DNA from: an uncultured virus (IMG/VR IMGVR_UViG_2724679565_000006)
Taxonomy: Duplodnaviria; Heunggongvirae; Uroviricota; Caudoviricetes
IMG/VR virus record: IMGVR_UViG_2724679565_000006
Strand: one strand, 5' to 3'
Length of the DNA: 20,000 nucleotides
Every line of letters starts with the position of its first letter. Within the stretch, counting starts at the first letter, position 1. The notes under the pieces were generated by a model. That model searched no databases and was not told the origin of the DNA. It saw nothing but the letters and a program-made list of their open reading frames with translations. Shown piece after piece: positions 1-8,000 of this stretch. Position numbers and translations under genes: made by a program.

Positions 1-1345
1 ATTTTGTTAATTTGAACAGCTCAATAATCTGCTTTTCTTTATCTATTCTATTATTAACGAAATCACTTACTAAAGGTATCCTTACTCCATCAAGTGTGTT
101 GTCTCTTTTTTCATTTATTAATAAGGTTGCATCTTTAAAATCAGAATCGGATTCAAAATAAGAATCCAATCTCCAATTATTCCAACCTTTCAATCCAGTA
201 TTCTTGGTAATTGCAATTCCTTCATTTGATGAGGCTGTTATTTCATATTCCTGATCTCCTACTTTAATTTTACTTCCTGCAAAATCTAAATTACTTCTAG
301 CTATTAATCTTCCATTTGCTTGCGTTGTATAGTTTTTTAAACTAATTGGAATATGACCGTTTTTAGCTTCATAGACATCATCAAAATCGAATTCATAGGT
401 GTTATTACCAATGGAAATATTATCACTATCTTCAATGGGTGTGTTATTAAAAACTAATTTCGCTTGTGCAGGGTTAGCATCTGCACTTACATCTACTTTT
501 ATATTGCTTTTCTCTAGCTTTTTCCAGTGATTCTCATCCCATTCTTCATCAGTATTTGTCTTAATACATTGGTATAAAATCCCACTTTTATTAACTATTG
601 TTCCATCTATATATTTAAATCCTTGCGTCCATTGTTTAACATTTTCATTTACAATTCCATCACCTGTATCGAATTCAAATATCTTATCACCTATCGTTAC
701 GATTTCGCTATCAAATACTGTTCCTGTAAATTTTAATATACCTTTACCACTAGAGCCATTACAAAAACTTGTAACTTCTCCACTATTACTTCTATTTGTT
801 ATTTCTAAGCTACCATCACTTATTTTTTTAATCCAAATATCTGGTTTTATATCTATATCCCCATAATTTGGTATTATTATTTCTGTTCCATCCTCATTGT
901 TTTCACTTAAATCATACGTTTCACTCAAATATTCTCTACTATAGGCATGATAAGTATTACATCTCATAGTTATGTCTAAATATCCTTGTTCTAGCCCAAA
1001 ATGTGTCATTTCAACATCATCAACAGGCATAGCATAATAAATCTTTTCAGGGTCTTCAGAAAAATATAATGGCTGATAATTATCTTGATGTAACCATCTA
1101 GCCACTTCTCTAATTAATTCTTTATTCCATTTTTCTGTGAAACAAAATTGTAATTTAAGTTGTAATGGATTTCTTTCTATTCCTTGAAAATAAGGCTTAT
1201 CAGCCTCTATAGTATTTATTTCTTTTATTTTCTTATTAGCTAAAAAATTTTCTTTTAATTCTGCATTATCTACAGAACCATTTATAATATTAAATTCTAA
1301 ACTATCTCTACCTGCATAATTGAAATATAAACTGCTCTTTATCAA
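1..1345 (-). CDS. Phage distal tail protein (Dit, SPbeta YomH-like N-terminus) with inserted modules; 3' end outside window
   Basis: Not in the ORF track because no stop falls in the window. RBS GAGAGGTG then TTG at 1345; reads MIKSSLYFNYAGRDSLEFNI...KPYFQGIERNPLQLKLQF...VARWLHQDNYQPLYFSEDPEKIYYAMP...GYLDITMRC. Frame is consistent through to position 1. Lies immediately downstream of the tape measure gene. Confidence 0.8.
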   Translation of the reverse strand, partial: MIKSSLYFNYAGRDSLEFNIINGSVDNAELKENFLANKKIKEINTIEADKPYFQGIERNPLQLKLQFCFTEKWNKELIREVARWLHQDNYQPLYFSEDPEKIYYAMPVDDVEMTHFGLEQGYLDITMRCNTYHAYSREYLSETYDLSENNEDGTEIIIPNYGDIDIKPDIWIKKISDGSLEITNRSNSGEVTSFCNGSSGKGILKFTGTVFDSEIVTIGDKIFEFDTGDGIVNENVKQWTQGFKYIDGTIVNKSGILYQCIKTNTDEEWDENHWKKLEKSNIKVDVSADANPAQAKLVFNNTPIEDSDNISIGNNTYEFDFDDVYEAKNGHIPISLKNYTTQANGRLIARSNLDFAGSKIKVGDQEYEITASSNEGIAITKNTGLKGWNNWRLDSYFESDSDFKDATLLINEKRDNTLDGVRIPLVSDFVNNRIDKEKQIIELFKLTK

Positions 1346-1371
1346 AAACCATCACCTCTCTTTAAAAAGAA

Positions 1372-1397
1372 AAGGATACAATTAAAATTGTATCCTT
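1372..1397 (-). terminator. Intrinsic terminator-like hairpin after the tape measure gene
   Basis: AAGGATACAATT-AA-AATTGTATCCTT inverted repeat followed by TTCTTTTT on the minus strand. Confidence 0.65.
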
Positions 1398-2073
1398 AAT
1401 ACTTTCCTCTATTTCTAAGAGTATTTATTATTTTAGTAGCAAAACCTTGAGCTTCATTTTCTGTTCCATACATTTTATCAATATGAAAATTTATTTCAAT
1501 ATTATTATTGTTACTAGTTGCCATTGCGGGTTGTAGATTTCTATTCATTCCATACCCAAAATTATTTATAGGTAAGGTATTAACAAAATTATATAATTTC
1601 TTACCTTGTTCTGCGTTAAATATAGTCTCTACTGCATTAGGATTCCCATGAAGCATAGCTTTTCCTGTAAAATCTGCAACTCCACCTTTATCATAATAAC
1701 CTTTAATATCGCTCATGGTATTTGCATAATTAGCTATCTCACTCTCAGTCTGATATCTATCTTTACCAAATAACCATCTCGCTTGACTATTATAAATTTG
1801 CTCCTTACCATCCATAGTGCCACCAACAACAATGTCATTCGCTGTTAATTGAACATCCCTAACAGAATTAGTATCTACAAATTGATAACCTAATTTAGTT
1901 AGATATTTCTTAGCTGCTTTCAAATCATAACCAGTTCCATATACTTTTCCATATTTAGACTTAGGAACATAATTAGCTTTATTCATAGCATTTAAATCGA
2001 TTAATGCTTTATTTCTTATTTGATTATATGTATCATTTCTATCATTTCCACCTAATCTAGTAACACCGTCTAC
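1396..2073 (-). CDS. Tape measure exon 5 (end of 2nd and 3rd cell-wall-binding-like repeat, TMP C-terminus)
   Basis: Frame open for 29 codons upstream of ATG 1986 (VDGVTRLGGNDRNDTY...), starting right after TCAG; C-terminal GYYDKGGVADFTGKAMLHG...E motif typical of TMP ends. Confidence 0.88.
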   Translation of the reverse strand, partial: VDGVTRLGGNDRNDTYNQIRNKALIDLNAMNKANYVPKSKYGKVYGTGYDLKAAKKYLTKLGYQFVDTNSVRDVQLTANDIVVGGTMDGKEQIYNSQARWLFGKDRYQTESEIANYANTMSDIKGYYDKGGVADFTGKAMLHGNPNAVETIFNAEQGKKLYNFVNTLPINNFGYGMNRNLQPAMATSNNNNIEINFHIDKMYGTENEAQGFATKIINTLRNRGKY

Positions 2074-5000
2074 CTGAACCTCCCATGACTAAAGTCACGG
2101 AGTTCTTGGTCAATAACACTAATGTGTTAAGTATCACCAAGCTATCCCCATAGTTCCTACGGTTCTTATATATATTATTTTTATTCTTATATCTTATTTA
2201 CACACTTACATACTTACTACTTTTTTATTATTAATTATTCTTAAACCTTCATTTAAAATATTAATACTAGCATTATAATCTCTATCTATTACTAAACCAC
2301 ATTTCTCACAGATATATGCCCTTACTCCTAAGTCTTTAGTTTGTTGTGATTGATTGCCACAATCGCTACATAATTGACTAGATGGATAAAATCTATCTAT
2401 TTGTTGATATATTTTACCGTACCATTTTGTTTTATATTCTAATTCTCTATTAAACTCAAAGAAACTTGCATCTGCTATACTTTTAGCTAACTTATGATTT
2501 TGTAATATTCCACTTGTATTCAAATCTTCCATGCAAATAATATCATAGTTATTAATAAAATCTGTAGTTAATTTTTGAAGAAAATCTATTCTACAATTAT
2601 AAATTTTTTTATGATATTTGTTTACTTTTAATCTTTGTTTATTTCTATTATTGCTACCTTTTTTACGTTTACTAAGTTTTCTTTGAGCTTTTATTAATTT
2701 ATCTTCATATCTTCTATAATATTTAGGATTAGAAATAACTTTATTATCACTTGTAGTTGCAAACTCTTTTATTCCTAAATCTATTCCAACTACTAAACCT
2801 GTTTTCTCTTTATTTTCTTGTGGTACATCTACACAACACAAACTAATATAATATTTACCATCTGTATCTCTTGATAAAGTAGAACTAACTATTCTACCTT
2901 GATATTGTCTTGAATAAGCTATTTTTACTTGTTTTAATTTAGGTAATTTAATTTTACAATTTTGCTTCTTATATTTACCTGTAGATGTGTATTTTATTTC
3001 TTTTTCTAATACTTCTATATTATTATTTGTATAATTGATTTTAATAGATTGATAATTACTTTTATATGATTTAAACTTAGGAAAACCACATTCTTTCTTA
3101 AAGAATTTTAAAAATGTTTCATATTGATTTTTTAGAGTATTTTGCAATACAGATTTTTCACATTGTTTAAGCCATATATTTTTCTTTTTAAGTAGTGTTA
3201 ATAATCTTGACATTTTAGCAAAATTTAATACTGATTTATGATGTTTTAATCTATGTTTATTAATATTTAAAAAATAATTCCAAACATATCTTTTAGCATT
3301 AAAACTCAATTCTATTTGATTTATTTGAGTTTTATTGGGATAAATTCTATATTTAAATCCTTTTGCTATTGTATTCTTTTCAATATTTGTAGAAGTCATT
3401 TATTAACACCTCATTTTAAGACTTATATTTGCTTTTCTAAATATAATATATCATATTCTAAATTTAATGTCAACATATTTTGTTTAGGTTTATAAATATT
3501 ATATATTGACTTATAAAATATATATGATACAATCTAAATAAAAGGAGTGATTTAAATGATTAGTTATAAACCATTATTTAGATTATTATTAGAAAGAGAT
3601 ATGTCCAAAACTCAACTTCGTGAAGCAGTTGGTTTCAGCACAGCTACATTAGCAAAAATGTCTAAAAATGAATATATTTCCATGGAAACACTTGAAAATA
3701 TTTGTGTGTATCTTAATTGTAACATTGAAAATGTTATTGAATTCATACCTAAATAATTTAAATAATATATATAAGAACCGTAGGTTCTTTAATCATGTTT
3801 GAGGTATCGTTCACATAGGTTCGCTACTACCTATGCAGTTCTCTTATGAACTTCTCATACTTTCGTATGACGCACAGACTATATCTTATCCCTCATCATT
3901 ACATGTTAGGGTCTACCCACTTCGGTACGCTTGTACCTACTTCCCTCAAGAGGAATAGTCGTTGAAGTTTCCTCTGTTCGAGGCTTACCTGCTGATTGCC
4001 CATTGTTTTAGTGTTTAGGATTTAACCTTGCACTATCCAATTAATTTTTTCTACTTTCGTAACTTTCACACTTAGACTTATTTCATTCTTATGTTGTAGT
4101 TTAATTAGCTTTAGGGCTTCCCAGCAATTCAAGTAGTGTTGGGTATTGTGACTAATACCACTACATACAGATTTCTCTATATGCTAACTGTTTGCCAACT
4201 AACTCATGGCTGAAGTCACGAGTATGCGTTGGCAAGTCAATCAAAGTTTACTCCACCTTTTGCACCTTTGCCACCTACAATAATATCATTTGGATTAAAA
4301 TTAATATCTTTAGAATTTATTTTTGATGTATCTACAAATTCATATCCTAAAGGACTAAGCCATGCTATAGCATTTTTTAAATCTTGTCCTGTACCATATA
4401 CAATTCCGCCAACAGGCTTAATTCTTCCACTTTGAATATCTGAATATAATTGTATGATTCCTGCCGTATCATATCTATTTTTCCCACCTAGTCTTATAGC
4501 ACCATTTAAATCTTGTCTGTCAACACCATTAATAGCACCAGTATCTCCTACAACTATATCATCTTTCCCAAAATGTAATTTGTTTTTGTCTACAAGGCTT
4601 GTATCTATATAGTTATATCCTAAAGAACCTAATATCTTTCGAGCATTGGCTAAATCCGCCCCTGTCCCATATACATTTTTAGTTTTATTTTCTTCAAGTA
4701 TTTTATCAGGGTCTTTTTTATCTATTCCATTTACTAAGTCTTGTGCTGCTTTTAATTGTTCTAATAATTCCTTTTTTATTTTGTCTCCTAGTGAAGTTAA
4801 CCCTTTTCCAAATAAATCCTCAAATTGTAATAGAGCATTTTGGATTCCAATTCTCTTACCATCAATCCATTCAATATAGCCTTCAGTTAGTGCTTTTCTT
4901 GCATCTAAATTTAGATAAACATTATCTAATCTTGTGTCGATATCACGTTTTTTCTTTTCTATTTCTTTTTTCTTTTCTTCTTTCTGTTTTGTTAGGGCTT

Positions 5001-8000
5001 CTTTCTTTAATTCATTATTGTGCTTCATCTGTAGATCAGTCTTTTTCTTCATTTCCTCTTGTAATTGTTTTTCGTACTCTAGCCTTCTAGCTATGCCTTC
5101 TTCGCTATCATCTGTTGATAATTTGGCTATCTTTTCTTGTAATTCCGCTATAGTTTTTAACTGCTCGCTTTTCTGTTCATTATAACTATTTCGTTTTTCT
5201 GCATCATCTATTTTCTTTAACTCAGCATCTATAGATTCCTCGAAATGTTTTAAAACTTTATCTAATTGTTCTTTCGCTAATTCAGCAGTTTTAGTTAAGA
5301 CTTCTCTTAGTTTATCTTCTATAGTGGACTTCATTTCAGACATTTTGTCTTTGATATCTTCTAGCTCTTTTTTATGCTTTTCTAGTTCAGTATTAGCTTT
5401 ATCTAATTCAGCAGTATACTCTCTAACTTTATCTAACAAGAAATCTTTGCCATATTTATATGCTATATCATTAGTTTCTCGAATTAACTCAGTCATTCTT
5501 CTAATATTTTCTTCGTCTTGTTCTACTAGTTGCTTCTTTAATATCATTATTTGCTTGATATTTTTTTCTTCATGTAAACTAAGTCTATCTAGTTCATTTG
5601 AAATCATTTCTATATTTTCTTTATAAATCTGCTGGATGGCTTCCCATTTAGCTGTCACTAATTCCAAACTTACATCTTTTATAGTTTTAGTCACATTAAG
5701 CATTTCTGACGTATAAACTCTATAATTTCTTATAAATACCTTATAATTCTTACAGGCTTATTTCCTTCTTCATCCTGTTCCATTTTGTAGTGAATAAATC
5801 CACATACTACTTTGGTTTGTATAACAGTCTAAAGGCTTAAATTCGACCTCATCAATGTCTACATATTAGCATAATCTTTTTATTTGATTTTTTATGCTAA
5901 TTTATAATTTGCTAAATTAATACTTGCGTTTTTATCTCTATCTAATACAAGATCACACTTTTTATTAGGACATATATAAGTCCTATCTTTAAGTCTTAAA
6001 TCTTTTTTGATAGTTCCACAACAAGAACACATTTTACTACTTGGAAAGAACCTATCTGCTTTTACAAATTCAATTCCATCCCATTTACATTTATATTTTA
6101 GAATAGCTATAAATTTATTAAAACATTGCTCTTGAATTGCTTTAGATAAATGTTTGTTTTTTAATAATCCATTTACATTTAAATCTTCTACTACTACTCG
6201 ATATGGCTTGGTTTTCACGATACTATTAGTAGTTTGATGTATGTAATTTAATCTTATATCTGCAATTCTTTTATGAACAAGTCTAATCTGTCTTTCAAGT
6301 TTTATGATATTGTTAGTTTTCTTTAATTTTTGACCTTTTTCAAAAGTCTTACTATTTTTCAACATATCATATTTCCTTGAAACTTTCCTTTGTAGTCTTT
6401 TAAGTTTCTTATTTAATCTCTTAACTTCTTTAGATTTATTAATGTTTTTAAAAGGTTTATCTATATTGCTAACTATTGCTAAATCCTTGATACCTAAATC
6501 CACACCTATGCTTTCAGTTGTAAGCAAATTAACATCATTGTTCTTACATTCTACACCAACTGATAAATACCAATAATGTCCATTATGTTTTACTCTTGGA
6601 TTCAAGACTTTGATTTTATCTTTTTTATATTTACCAACAGGAAGCCTACCTTCATCTTTCATTTTTACATAGCCTATTTTTTCAAGCCTAATATAATTAT
6701 CTTCTACAGTAAGTTTATTACCTAAATGATAAAATGAAATTTCACATTTACCTTTCTTTTTAAACTTAGGATAATTGGATTCTTTCTTGAAAAATTTCTT
6801 AAACGCTTCTCCTAAATCTTTAAGTGCTTGTTGAGGTATTTCTGATGAGACTTCTTTAAGCCACTCATATTGATTAGATTTTCTTAATTCTGTAAATATT
6901 TTTCTTAACTTTCCTATTGATAAAGATTTTTTATTTTCTTTATAATAATTATTAAGATAAGCTAATCCCCAGTTATAAGAAAATCTAGCGATACCTGCAC
7001 TTTTAAACATTAATTCTTCTTGCTTTTTAGTAGGATATAATCTTACTTTAATTGCCTTTATCACTAATATCACCTCACTCTCTAATATTATTATACTACA
7101 AAGTCATATGACTTGCAATGACTATTTTCATGTAATATAATAAATTTGAGGTGATATTATGGGTAATCAACAATTAAAAACAAGAACACCTATTGGTTCA
7201 GCCATCAATACCGAACTTTATAACAAACTTAAAAATTACTCTAAAAAAACTGGAATACCAATCTCAAAATTGCTTGATAAAGCAATATCTTTATTTTTAG
7301 AATCCGTTGAAAAATAACGGATTTTTTATTTTAGCAAATTATTTTTATTGACATTTTCTTTAGTATAAAGTATTTATAGAGTTTACACTCTTTTATCTAT
7401 GAACGCTACTTCATAAACACTATTTCGCTCACGCTAATAGTCACTTCCTTTTAGAACGTGCAAAGACTATTTCTTCACCTTCAGCATAACCTGTTAAGGG
7501 CAGACCTTTTCGGTTATCAATAGCTTATAACCTACTCCCTTCTAGGGATAGTCGTTGAACCTTATTCATATATCTATTTAAAGATACTTAGAATCTTGGC
7601 TGCATGAACAGGGATTGTTTTTGAATACTTAGGATTTAACCTTATATTCATCTCTACGTTTTTTCTACTTTCGTACCTTCATATAGTGCTTTCACCTATG
7701 TTGTGGTGTAGAGCTTTACCCATTACCTGCAATTAAATCTGTGTCCTATGCTCATTACTGAACATACGCAGCTTAGTTTATATTTTTATAAACTATTTAT
7801 TACTGTTCCTATATCTGAATATTTTTCACCAAGCATTTTTATAGTTTTTTCATCATATATTCCTGAACTTATTTCTTTTTTTATAAAATCTCTTTCTTTT
7901 TTAAGAACATCCAACTTTTTAACGGTATAATCATCTATTTTAGATAGATAATTAATATAATTAATATCATTTTTATTTTGTAAATCGACATCAGTTCTTA

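Larger units (their letters stand above)
2074..4239 (-). mobile_element. IS605-family IStron (CdISt1-like group I intron + TnpB), non-autonomous (no TnpA), 2166 nt
   Basis: Follows TTGAT (4244-4240) and ends GTTCAG (G2074). Left-end hairpin CTCGTGACTTCAGCCATGAG and right-end hairpin CTCCGTGACTTTAGTCATGGGAG. Contains a group I core and tnpB. Removal restores GGVNFD|VDGVTRLGG in frame. Confidence 0.93.
5710..7791 (-). mobile_element. Group I intron 3 carrying a TnpB/RHH module (IStron-like, IS607-like right end, no TnpA), 2082 nt
   Basis: P1 UAGU|UUA pairs with UAAGCUG (U.G at 7792); group I core at 7389-7791; tnpB; ends ...GAGUUUAUACG|UCAGAA; splicing gives INS|SEML in frame; no IS605 end hairpins. 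Confidence 0.82.

Noticed and set aside
4229..5626. Plus-strand ORFs 4229-4435, 4646-4879, 4743-5090, 4934-5185, 5324-5626
   Set aside because: Antisense shadows of Lys/Glu-rich TMP exon 4; Phe/Ser/Leu-biased with no RBS or recognisable motif
2206..7073. TnpBs as nuclease-dead TldR-like regulators or Cas12 effectors
   Set aside because: All three RuvC acidic residues are present in both, and there is no CRISPR array
7348..7376. Plus-strand TTGACA-17-TATTTA promoter antisense to the intron 3 core
   Set aside because: The -10 lacks the conserved final T and such matches are common in AT-rich DNA; unsupported without TSS data
5706..7788. IS605-style boundaries TTTAT|...TCAG for the second TnpB element
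   Set aside because: Joining gives TTA T|AA, a stop codon; there are no IS605 end hairpins; P1, P9.0 and the 15-bp stem favour 7792/5709
5712..7794. AGTTTATA at both ends as an 8-bp target-site duplication
   Set aside because: Removal shifts the frame to an early stop, and TnpB-family elements do not make such duplications
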